From a virus, in IMG/VR virus record IMGVR_UViG_3300010389_000003, positions 1 to 64,000 of that record: a stretch of 64,000 bases of DNA; one strand, 5' to 3'. Each line of letters begins with the position of its first letter. The first letter of the stretch is position 1. Shown here in pieces: positions 28,201 to 35,514 of this stretch. The notes under the pieces are model-generated. The model was given only the letters and a program-made list of their open reading frames with translations. It was not told the DNA's origin and made no database searches. The translations under genes and the position numbers were made by a program.

Positions 28201-31039
28201 GCACTGGGATGATTCTACTGGCAACATGTTGTCATATCGTACCCAAGCATTGATGTACGAAAGTTGGGATCGTGAAGTTGATTCAATTGGTGGGGCCACG
28301 ATTTATAGCGATCGCGCAATTTCAATATGGAATCAGCTCAGAACAAGATTCTCCACGAATGGTCAAATACGACAGGCATATCTGCTTCACGAAGAAAACG
28401 AAGCAGCTTTTGTTGTATGGAACGCAACAAGAGACTCAGATCTTGAAGACTTTCCGGCCTTCCAAAAGGCGGTTGCACAATTCCTGCAATTTATGTGGGC
28501 TGACCCCTTTAGGCGTGCGTGGGTCACTGTGGTTGTTGATAGGAATAATAACTGGTATGACGCAGGTTCAGACTTCTTCACTGACCGAATAGACTACGAT
28601 CTTGATGATGGGTTCTGGGGTACGCTTGCGGGCCCACTCGATGAAATTGCGCTTGGGGTTGTAGATGGCACTAAGGCCACTGGTCGTTGGATTGAATCTG
28701 GATGGGACTACGTAACTGGTAGTGAACCGGACGAAGAGTTCTCAATAGGAAACCTTTTGCCGGTTTGGATACATTTCGTTGCACCGGAGAATGAAGGGGA
28801 TCGAGACACCTACATTTCAGGCTTGGCAGACAGACAGGAAGACTCTGAACCGAAAACAATCATGGATGAGTTAATAAACCAAAATCGGAGCCCAGGAAGT
28901 GATTCCACAGACGCTTGGGATGACACCGTTAGCGACATACGCAACTGGTGGGATAGGAATGTCGGAAGCGTCATAGCTGCAGTTGGAGATCTGTTTTCCG
29001 CTGTAATCACAACCTATAGGCAACAGATGGCCATGATGGGGATGAACCTCACAAATGTTGCACAGATGCAAATGCAGGCGAATGTTCTAAATCGCACCTA
29101 TAATGATAGTATCTATTACAGTGATCGATACGGTGACTCGATACTGAAAATGGCTGATAACCCATTCACACGGGAATACAACGAACCTGTTGTGGAAATT
29201 CGGGAGCCATTTCAAAGGCTTCATTATCTCAGTTCTTTCCAGCATATCCTATCTAACAACATATCTGAGAACCTGAATGACGTTAATACGGTCATGACTG
29301 CAACATCTGACGGTAAGTATCCTGTGACGGTATACTTCGATAAGGGAGCGCCTCCCGAGCGCCAAAAAGAGGGCGTTACTGAGACGGGCCTTTTCTGGGA
29401 TAACGCCAGAGGTTCTGGTATATTCAGCTTCCTTCACCCAATACTCCACCCCATGCAGACATTAAGGGGTACCGTAAAGAATTCTACTGGCGCTAGTGAT
29501 GAGACCGTCTCCAAGAGAATCGCTCTCTCGAGGCTACGTGAAGGCCTTAAGGATATTTATCAAGGAGAGATCCTCATCATCGGTGATCCAGATATCCGTC
29601 CACATGACCTGATTTACATAGGAGACGTATATTCGCGGATTTATGGCATGTGTGAAGTCGAACAAATCGTGCATCACTTTACGCCGGATCAGGGATTCGT
29701 CAGCTCGATTACGCCTAACGCTCTGGTGACCGTCAATGACCCCGCACGGTGGTCTATGCTGTCATACATTGGCGGGCTTTTTGGAATGAAAGATATCAGA
29801 GACACTCTCAGGGCTAAGTACAACATAGTCGCCGATTCATCTTCACCCATTAAGGTGGGGGACGTCACGGTGGATGCACTGCATAGATCGGTTCTGGAAC
29901 AGGCTCATGGTTCGCGACAGTACACGAACGGCAATGCTGCTCTTTTGAGGGATCTGAATAATCACAAGAATATGGGATTGATGACATGGCCCGTTTCATC
30001 AAATGGTCCAACAGAAGAGAAAGTAAACTATGGCCAAAACGATCTCAGAGAGGCCCTCGGAGATCCAACCTCCTTTACTGATTTGGTCACGAACCTCATT
30101 CCTGGAGTGGGGATGGTTCAAAAGGCATTAGATTGGGTGGCAGAGAACCTGAATGACCAGCACGGATGTTATATTCAGTATCTAAATAAAGATGGTCAAC
30201 CAATGGATGCCGGTCTATCCTACAACCAAGGTGTTGCTGTAGGCCAATGGTATAGTCGGGACGTGTTGCCAGGGATCTTAAACATACCTCATAGAATTAT
30301 TGTTGATGAACATGTCAGGATAACTTCTGATGACCTTTTGGGCGCACTAGGCTGGAATGAGGTTGACACGCATCGCACGATTAGGGATGTATCCTGGTGG
30401 GTCAATCAGACCAACAGAAATGTTCTAAAGCTGTCTGGATTCGGTCCAGATCCCATCACTGTCGGTAAGCCCAGTGTTATGATGATAAGGGTCAGAGAAG
30501 TGATCGATGGTGATACCATTGCGTTTGATTATGTACATGAAGATTTCGATTTCACTCGAGAACTTTCCAGTGATATCCAGAGCCTAAGCACCGAAGACCA
30601 CCTTAGATTACGGTTTAGTGGTATCGATACCCAGGAAATCAAGTACAAGTTCAACGATGATGATTATAAGTTTAACGAAATATCACTCGGTACAGCAGCC
30701 GCAGAATATGTTAATCTCAAATTGGTGACAGAACCACAGGAATTGGGGGTTGATCCAATTTTCGCAGTTCGAATAGACGCTTCATCCACACGTGATACAT
30801 ATGAACGTGTTCTTGGTACTATATTCCATACCGTTCCCATAGGAACTAACATTGAAGATAGACCAAGGGTACTATATGATCTGGCGAGAGAGTGGCCAAT
30901 TAACCCGTGGGACTCCTATCATCCCGATGGCAGGCCATATACCTTGAACTGGGATCTTGTTACCAAGGGGCTCGCTAACGTTTACCTTAAGGGAATTGGC
31001 ATCGGTATCAAAAACTACGAAGACGAGTTCGAGGGCTAA
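22247..31039 (+). CDS. Giant baseplate hub-like protein with internal RlpA-like barrel and C-terminal thermonuclease-like domain (2930 aa)
   Basis: Hub-type RLHLRAGYG...VFNGVITEV and YQGEILIIGDPDIRPHD...VEQIVHHF...GFVSSIT; RlpA-like VFNEDNGR...GP...GLSPEA...LG; SNase-like VIDGDT, RFSGIDTQE, DTYERVLG, LNWDLVTKGLA. Confidence 0.75.
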   Translation: MTESEMSADDLRDIVINRLPPDIVGGTVEWQFTPNWDLLNVSEEDLGYVGIGTGRISETRVDELRAELELKFGYLVNNWELIVFGLDNFNYDNLPADVAAAIQLLGVVRVQEPALYQLASMVWPGLAALVAKYDTWRSEQLPLVEQALASGNASMEEQLARAFNREGETAFTVKIGEDVSQNLINEALEGTERENVEPATSLPWELALGASRFAIPPLNISVNSRFKVTNVSGGAIRQRNTPKFNTGHSETVVNVTLYFPNHESIWGFEGEGELDIDFDNDSEEKVDRFLSSLRGLVAAFKYSPFLPLKNQYLNSTFNMTGATLQSMSIQTLEGFPFVLAVNLTLLKFNHKAYLPMIRDFNEAIHWGRYRQYMGRAAEHISTTVGRGFLDASYKKYLNPMEVGAAKSFGTEVFTDDGGSYVLDLGKSEEFKYKNTYSKLQEFNDGRHFQLYFPRNTISDVFAPDIADFRTPTEDNYTDLNQKDMWEELMTGLGFDVIDPLNTDFEYEGVANYARYIRESSPMTDLQKMIEWLDRVQSATADQASKALFDQYVEEYIEIERRKKGSIEQNYEDELRERLQREWYALVFFGFRDTPYIQSLLNGAEVTSTGDIIKEWQVPMEQMQVDWSKVIVNGVSVTMSNNIARLQLQMQDEPVHQHIGGKDTVVNVSMTIIGEEELVSFRRVFDHINGLARLEHAHGVLGFLGIKNVVTALCGVKYVLPLNFEVDTIPGYPHVYSVSMSLVDFDIFQQKREQLDSSQQQRLIDAFGKRNPFLRIKQMWGVFNAYPDFPLSVKDSNGETVGHLDPDFYFRSFQTIDDDLTHWKKSESNRVDDGEPAASGTVPTSQLAGGYGEHGEPPTTAVDEDSSGERAFSEDSPYWSLRVDHSLGDFMDEENLQPMIGVTGDSLELMVVDTETGDIRDHAPGGILEEDLGERTLTQSGNPLLTPYANYSGAYYDSDTLNTLGLDSKAGFNPSSQFEKMMFDAQYRDISGRMIRAFPTYMLWLIDEGGNFAGVKLFDNFYGLQSVIDFSLVRSEDILADTLILNLSNMFSKLTTDEQDFLFYDPDQTAPDGSNSTTNAIDNIRNQYTNALRHTAEQPPAYVQELEHIRLRPGVRLHLRAGYGANPNSLETVFNGVITEVQQGDIVTVVAQSDAVELSPYVNTADKDGHSGKIDGSLNTGFWLSEPRDLIVRLLTMGTSVGKEAISRGTRGTIFSESKFGIKHFGMILYEPMTEMEEKARQARVESASSAFAPGTNISAMQEFLGQGQVADITNGVNSLAGGHQAPGIVDALAVTAGNTFTPGLGTFFQRNGVLDLMTSLWVNSFKERDFEIFKRNIYPGNGTGVMQFAGVDTLDADIYWQNYAPAGLSTEINAEAFSRQQVNQYLNNALNESIRDGDRLLEGEFTEDELVELLGSTQAARLEDLLAARGGKAFQIPTTDVETNSGNPAAVIGTGMVLAGLVNPALGLGVGALGLVAHGISSRSQNPIYQFLGISQTVQDDDLAGFDEVSFRAQTFMRTVWDMFQICADMLPNYIVSVRPFEDRSTVFYGKPHWLYTSGVVPLTSGVPVDNALKFDEPNEEQRKILELFSQVANRRSDASATDEFLAGLGNYSDPYSTSIPTAWAGGDIKSLPLENSAGGKIPLGKRKVIAGIEMHLPTHDGEPSLADNHLRHTYFQQIGSIGGIPELPTYYRYPFYMDRKDGPRGGYAGIYQSREDAETAAEAEGKNFFFDYSVLKGEVGQTPGEPGAFGILDPEEEVYYCNMRWPYSSDSGGIKVEGQTQDMFRHKRLMVFNEDNGRMCICVPGEYGPNVTTGKDMGLSPEAMFYLGGELVNNNFRMRHEKLSNLYIGWVDDNTKPGPVGGYATATTVTNGYVGNRSISDLSPEQIAASDTLIIEIDYSHSEAYEAISELFEKNSERIAFLNESGALYDQRGGRKVLIQDLEQFAYDNFPDDMGTFINLYGWAFEDIHPALDEDRIFGTRAIEHWDDSTGNMLSYRTQALMYESWDREVDSIGGATIYSDRAISIWNQLRTRFSTNGQIRQAYLLHEENEAAFVVWNATRDSDLEDFPAFQKAVAQFLQFMWADPFRRAWVTVVVDRNNNWYDAGSDFFTDRIDYDLDDGFWGTLAGPLDEIALGVVDGTKATGRWIESGWDYVTGSEPDEEFSIGNLLPVWIHFVAPENEGDRDTYISGLADRQEDSEPKTIMDELINQNRSPGSDSTDAWDDTVSDIRNWWDRNVGSVIAAVGDLFSAVITTYRQQMAMMGMNLTNVAQMQMQANVLNRTYNDSIYYSDRYGDSILKMADNPFTREYNEPVVEIREPFQRLHYLSSFQHILSNNISENLNDVNTVMTATSDGKYPVTVYFDKGAPPERQKEGVTETGLFWDNARGSGIFSFLHPILHPMQTLRGTVKNSTGASDETVSKRIALSRLREGLKDIYQGEILIIGDPDIRPHDLIYIGDVYSRIYGMCEVEQIVHHFTPDQGFVSSITPNALVTVNDPARWSMLSYIGGLFGMKDIRDTLRAKYNIVADSSSPIKVGDVTVDALHRSVLEQAHGSRQYTNGNAALLRDLNNHKNMGLMTWPVSSNGPTEEKVNYGQNDLREALGDPTSFTDLVTNLIPGVGMVQKALDWVAENLNDQHGCYIQYLNKDGQPMDAGLSYNQGVAVGQWYSRDVLPGILNIPHRIIVDEHVRITSDDLLGALGWNEVDTHRTIRDVSWWVNQTNRNVLKLSGFGPDPITVGKPSVMMIRVREVIDGDTIAFDYVHEDFDFTRELSSDIQSLSTEDHLRLRFSGIDTQEIKYKFNDDDYKFNEISLGTAAAEYVNLKLVTEPQELGVDPIFAVRIDASSTRDTYERVLGTIFHTVPIGTNIEDRPRVLYDLAREWPINPWDSYHPDGRPYTLNWDLVTKGLANVYLKGIGIGIKNYEDEFEG

Positions 31040-31042
31040 GCT

Positions 31043-31948
31043 ATGTCACATTTTGTTTTTAACGATCAAGATCTGCTCACCCGTAATAATCGAGCCCGTG
31101 CTGCAGGCAACAATATACGAAACAACATTTCTGAAGGGCGCCTGAAGACCACCAGAGCAGAAAGTGATGGAACTCAATTCCTTACTGTTTATACGCTTTC
31201 TGATATTATGCAGGGTGCCGCCCTATATAAGCCCGCAGAGTTTGCATTCGATGCACAAGATAAGGCTTTAACAGACTCTTTTGGGCGCTTTATTGACAAA
31301 GAGGGTGGCGGAGATATATTGAACGTTGTGAGTGGAGGAAGGCAGTCACTCCTACCGGGTAACGTTTCCGCGAGAGGTGCCAATATGACGGCAGCTTTGG
31401 AGTCTGCTGTGAACTTGACTTTTTCAACAATCGCTCCGACAGATGTTGAGTTCTACGAGGACATTTCCGGTGATGGTTTTGCGCCTCCGGGGTTTTTAGA
31501 GTTTGGAAATGGAAGAATACCAATATCGATTCTAGTTGGATTGGAAGGTCAGGCGGGACACTTCTTGCTTTGGAGTCAAGCTGCAGGGGCTTTTAACGCT
31601 ATGCGGCAGGACTCTATGAGAACCGGTTTCGTGGATCCGATTGTCTCTTCGGCATATCGAAGCTATGAAAGACAAGTGACAATGAAAGCTGAGAAAACAC
31701 AAGCAGGCCACCCTGAGCAGGCAGCCACTCCGGGTTTTTCCAAGCATGGGTGGGGCATAGCGATAGATCTGGCTAGAGGCTGGAGAAGGAATCAGAGAAA
31801 TGACAAGGGACAGACAGGTCTAGACTGGATGAAAGAAAATGCCTACAAATACGGTTTCGTTCATCCAGGTTGGGCCAAGCCACGCTCAGAGGGTGGCACT
31901 GTGCCTGAAGAATGGCATTGGGAATATCGTGGTCATTTGGTTAGATAA
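31043..31948 (+). CDS. Tail-associated peptidoglycan peptidase, M15 (VanY/D,D-carboxypeptidase-like)
   Basis: SAYRSYERQ, PGFSKHGWGIAID (SxHxxGxAxD), YKYGF, EEWHWEY. Confidence 0.9.
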   Translation: MSHFVFNDQDLLTRNNRARAAGNNIRNNISEGRLKTTRAESDGTQFLTVYTLSDIMQGAALYKPAEFAFDAQDKALTDSFGRFIDKEGGGDILNVVSGGRQSLLPGNVSARGANMTAALESAVNLTFSTIAPTDVEFYEDISGDGFAPPGFLEFGNGRIPISILVGLEGQAGHFLLWSQAAGAFNAMRQDSMRTGFVDPIVSSAYRSYERQVTMKAEKTQAGHPEQAATPGFSKHGWGIAIDLARGWRRNQRNDKGQTGLDWMKENAYKYGFVHPGWAKPRSEGGTVPEEWHWEYRGHLVR

Positions 31949-31950
31949 AA

Positions 31951-32319
31951 ATGAGACAACATAACGAGAGATTTGATAAAAATATACAAGAAAAGATCAC
32001 AAGATCGGAACAGAAGAAGGTCAACGATAGGCATGGGATGATCCTGTCATATGACCCCTTTGCCAACACTGCAACTGTGGCCCTTTCTGGTCAGGACTCA
32101 GATAACATTACGGACATACTGAAAAAGGTACCATGTCCGACCTATAATGGCATACAGCTTGTGGCACCTGAGGTTGGTCGAGGCTGCTATGTGGTTTTCA
32201 AGGGTGGACGAGAGTCGCAGCCGATGATAACCCACTTCTATAACCATGACTATAAGAAGTATGACCAGCACCGAATGAATGTAGCTGTCAGCGATCTACC
32301 AAAATACTTAACGATGTGA
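31951..32319 (+). CDS. Baseplate spike N-terminal OB-fold-like protein
   Basis: GMILSYD...ATV...VPCP...PEVG..CYVVF.GG, typical of the gpV/gp5 OB region; fits gene order. Confidence 0.65.
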   Translation: MRQHNERFDKNIQEKITRSEQKKVNDRHGMILSYDPFANTATVALSGQDSDNITDILKKVPCPTYNGIQLVAPEVGRGCYVVFKGGRESQPMITHFYNHDYKKYDQHRMNVAVSDLPKYLTM

Positions 32320-32323
32320 TTTG

Positions 32324-32695
32324 ATGTCAAAAGAATCAGACTTTAGAAGATCAGAGCTGGCGTCCAAGATATCTCAACAAGACAGATATGGGATGAGCGA
32401 TACGGGTGTCACAAATCCACACACCGACGCCTACATAAAACTATCTGTCAATGGGGAGGTCGAAATCTATGCTGGAAACGGAACTGGTATAATTCTCAAC
32501 CCGGACTCAAGAAGCATTACCCTTATGGGGGACTCAATCAAGTTTATTACTAATGATGAAGATGGTATGAGATGGAATGGAATGTCATTCAACAGCCAAG
32601 CCACCGAATACTCGGAGCCAGCATTACTACCATTTGAGCAGGGGACTAGACCAAATGTTTTCAGGGATTTGAACGACTATTTCGAGGATGACTGA
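32324..32695 (+). CDS. Baseplate spike beta-strand-repeat protein
   Basis: AYIKLSVNGEVEIYAGNGTGIILNP..RSITL short beta repeats. Confidence 0.55.
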   Translation: MSKESDFRRSELASKISQQDRYGMSDTGVTNPHTDAYIKLSVNGEVEIYAGNGTGIILNPDSRSITLMGDSIKFITNDEDGMRWNGMSFNSQATEYSEPALLPFEQGTRPNVFRDLNDYFEDD

Positions 32696-33078
32696 TGGCT
32701 GATTTATATTTTTCTGAAGATGGCGATATCAAGATATCCGTTAACGGAGACATTGCCATAACACAGACCGCTTCCAGAGATGTAGCTCAGCAGATTTATA
32801 TGCGTGTTATGACAGAATTGGGAGATTTTGTAATCTACCCAAACCTGGGTGCACAGCTTGACCAGCTGATCGGGTTACCGCAGACAGCAAAAACTGGTCA
32901 GTTTGGTGAGCAGATCATACTTGAAGCACTGAGAAGAGACGGCAGACTCAGGGGTAGGCCTATGTCGATAAAGGCAGTACCTGTCGGAAGTCAAACTATT
33001 AGATTCGACATTTATACTATGATAGAGAACAAGAATTCTCTTATTCTTTCTGTAGAACAAGATCTTGGAGTAAGCTAA
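32695..33078 (+). CDS. Baseplate wedge protein, gp25/GPW-like
   Basis: QQIYMRVMTELGD...YPNLGAQLDQLIG...EALRRD, directly before baseplate J. Confidence 0.8.
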   Translation: MADLYFSEDGDIKISVNGDIAITQTASRDVAQQIYMRVMTELGDFVIYPNLGAQLDQLIGLPQTAKTGQFGEQIILEALRRDGRLRGRPMSIKAVPVGSQTIRFDIYTMIENKNSLILSVEQDLGVS

Positions 33079-33080
33079 TA

Positions 33081-34229
33081 ATGGCACTTTATTTGAAAAA
33101 GCAACGTTCAGAAATCCTAAGGGAAGCATTGGAAAAGGTTTCCAAAAACTCGAACCTCACAGCAACTGGGCCCGGCTCAATTATGCGAGCCCTCATAGAG
33201 AGTGTGACAACCGAGATCGGTGATCTCTTCGATGCTATGGATTTCAACATTGCCCAGAGCGTACTTACTACCGCGAATGGTAGAGCCTTAGATAAAATAG
33301 GTGCCCTGTATAATGTCAGGCGTAGAGAACTGTCGAATGTCACGGCCATCACCGCTACGGTCGGATCTTTCTACTTCTATATAGACTCACCATATATATC
33401 AGATATTGTTATACCACAAGGAACGATCGTCTATACCGCCACAGATGATTTTATTGGTCGGCAGTTCACATACCAGACAACCGAAGCTACGACAATTCCA
33501 GCAGGTCAGACGTATGCGTATGTGGGGATCAGGCCCAAATTCACAGACTCGGTCTTTACAGCTGGCGCTGGAACTCTAACTGTCCACAATTTTGTGGCAC
33601 CAGCTGGGGTCTCACTTCTTTGCAACAACGCAAAAGCAATCCCTTCGCAGATCGGATATGAATTGGATGATGACTATAGGCTTCGAATCACAAAGGGTAT
33701 CAGGGTCACTTCTGCGGGAACTCCTGAGGCTATTCGCTTCAAGGCCCTGTCTTACGAGGGGGTTCGTGATGCAAGGGTCATTCAGAACCCTTATGGTTTA
33801 GGGTCCTTCAAACTTCTAATAGTGCCAGAAAACATAAGCAATGGCAGTATACTCGTGCGTAGAATCATGAACGAGGTAAAGGCCGTTGCACCCGCAGGAT
33901 CAACAATGTTCTTGGCGCTACCCGAATCACTGCCGTTCGATGTCTCCGTAAACCTCACCATTTCGGGAAACACTACCCAGCCGACAAGAGAAAGAATACG
34001 ATCAAGAGTAAAAAGTATTATCCAAAGATATTTGAATAATCTGCTCCCAGGTGATACAGTAGTCTATAACCGAATGACATCTCTAATATTCGCAGCATCG
34101 ACGGAGATTCTGGATGTGCAAGTTACAACTTATGCCGCAAACGGGACAGAACTAGTGCGTAAAAATTATACCCCTGACATAGATCAACAAATAGTTCCTG
34201 CTGGAATTACTGTAACGACATCCAACTAA
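33081..34229 (+). CDS. Baseplate J-like protein
   Basis: GSIMRALIE, TANGRALDKIG...RR, VIPQGT, ELDDDYRLRI, GTPEAI...GVRDA. Confidence 0.9.
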   Translation: MALYLKKQRSEILREALEKVSKNSNLTATGPGSIMRALIESVTTEIGDLFDAMDFNIAQSVLTTANGRALDKIGALYNVRRRELSNVTAITATVGSFYFYIDSPYISDIVIPQGTIVYTATDDFIGRQFTYQTTEATTIPAGQTYAYVGIRPKFTDSVFTAGAGTLTVHNFVAPAGVSLLCNNAKAIPSQIGYELDDDYRLRITKGIRVTSAGTPEAIRFKALSYEGVRDARVIQNPYGLGSFKLLIVPENISNGSILVRRIMNEVKAVAPAGSTMFLALPESLPFDVSVNLTISGNTTQPTRERIRSRVKSIIQRYLNNLLPGDTVVYNRMTSLIFAASTEILDVQVTTYAANGTELVRKNYTPDIDQQIVPAGITVTTSN

Positions 34230-34240
34230 AGGTTAAATAC

Positions 34241-35506
34241 GTGCAGAACATAAACGACTTCATTACCGCAAACTATCAGGACATGACAGATAGTGAGATG
34301 GCAGCAGCAACAGGCATCTCTACTAAAGCAGTAAAGAATAGACGTCATCGCATGGAGCTCTTCAAAGACAAGGCATTTCCTTCTACGCTTCATGATGGCC
34401 CAGTCACAGAGAGCGTAGAGAGCCTTGAGAAGCTCCTGAAGGACGTAGGAGAGGTTGGGAGAGTATCTCTCACCAAGTACGTCAGCGTTAAGGACAAGGG
34501 CCCTGACGAGCCTCCTGAGACGACTACGAACTACACCACTAGGGTTGCGGTTCAACCAGCGGTAGAGCCACAGTGGGACCATATAAGACAGGCACCTCCA
34601 GTAGAGATTCATCCTGTCCAAATCAAGAAGAGCAAGCGAGATACCAAAATTGCAGTAATCTTGCCCGATCCCCAGATCGGTTATAGGTTCGATCCAGAGA
34701 CCAAAGAATTCGATTCTTTCCACGACGAACACGCCATGAATGTGGCGTTGCAGGTGATACAAGAGCTTCAGCCCGATCAGGTAGTAAACCTGGGTGATTA
34801 TCTTGATCTCCCACAGTATGGGCGTTTTGCTCAGGAGCCATTCTTTGCTCACACGACGCAGCCCGCAATAGATCGAGGTTCGTCATTTCTTGCTGAACAA
34901 CGAGCATCGGCTCCTAAATCTGAGATTGTGGTGATTCAAGGCAATCATGACAAGCGATTAACGGAATATCTCAAGATCAATGCTATGGCTGCCTGGGGTA
35001 TAAAGCGGGCCAACTCCGAGATGCATGAGCCACCGGTGATGTCTATCCCCTTCCTGCTTCGATTTGAGGATATGGACATTAAATACGTTGAAGGTTACCC
35101 AGCTGGCGAGTACTATATAAACGATCACCTGAAATGTATTCATGGTAAAAGAACTGGTCGTAAAACCCGTATAGCACCTACCGTTGTGGAAGACGAAAAA
35201 GTATCAACGATCACTGGTCACAATCACCACATCGAGGTGGCCTACCGCACAATACATAAACGGAAAGGTCTATTCATGCCGTTTGCTGCTATTCTCGGAT
35301 GCTTGTCCAGAATAGATGGTGCGGTACCATCGGTACATTCCTCGTTGGGTGTCACTGGTAGACCCATAAGAAACTATGAGGACTGGCAACAGGCTATCGG
35401 CGTCGTGTACTATAACGATGAAGACCCAAATCCTCAGCTGGACATAATCAGAATCTTTGAAGGTCGTGCAATCTTCCAGGGTAGAGAGTACGTATCTAAC
35501 ATCTAG
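34241..35506 (+). CDS. Calcineurin-like metallophosphoesterase with N-terminal HTH
   Basis: PDPQIG, NLGDYLD, IQGNHD, CIHG, TGHNH motifs; N-terminal TDSEMAAATGISTKAVKNRR. Confidence 0.88.
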   Translation: MQNINDFITANYQDMTDSEMAAATGISTKAVKNRRHRMELFKDKAFPSTLHDGPVTESVESLEKLLKDVGEVGRVSLTKYVSVKDKGPDEPPETTTNYTTRVAVQPAVEPQWDHIRQAPPVEIHPVQIKKSKRDTKIAVILPDPQIGYRFDPETKEFDSFHDEHAMNVALQVIQELQPDQVVNLGDYLDLPQYGRFAQEPFFAHTTQPAIDRGSSFLAEQRASAPKSEIVVIQGNHDKRLTEYLKINAMAAWGIKRANSEMHEPPVMSIPFLLRFEDMDIKYVEGYPAGEYYINDHLKCIHGKRTGRKTRIAPTVVEDEKVSTITGHNHHIEVAYRTIHKRKGLFMPFAAILGCLSRIDGAVPSVHSSLGVTGRPIRNYEDWQQAIGVVYYNDEDPNPQLDIIRIFEGRAIFQGREYVSNI

Positions 35507-35514
35507 AGGGTAAA

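Noticed and set aside
31720-31740. ATP tripeptides in the M15 peptidase (AATPG) and in NrdJ (GATPG)
   Set aside because: Both lie within normal conserved family motifs, so they were not counted toward the virion motif.
34226-34852. 208-aa minus-strand ORF
   Set aside because: Antisense shadow of the motif-complete metallophosphoesterase; no recognisable features.
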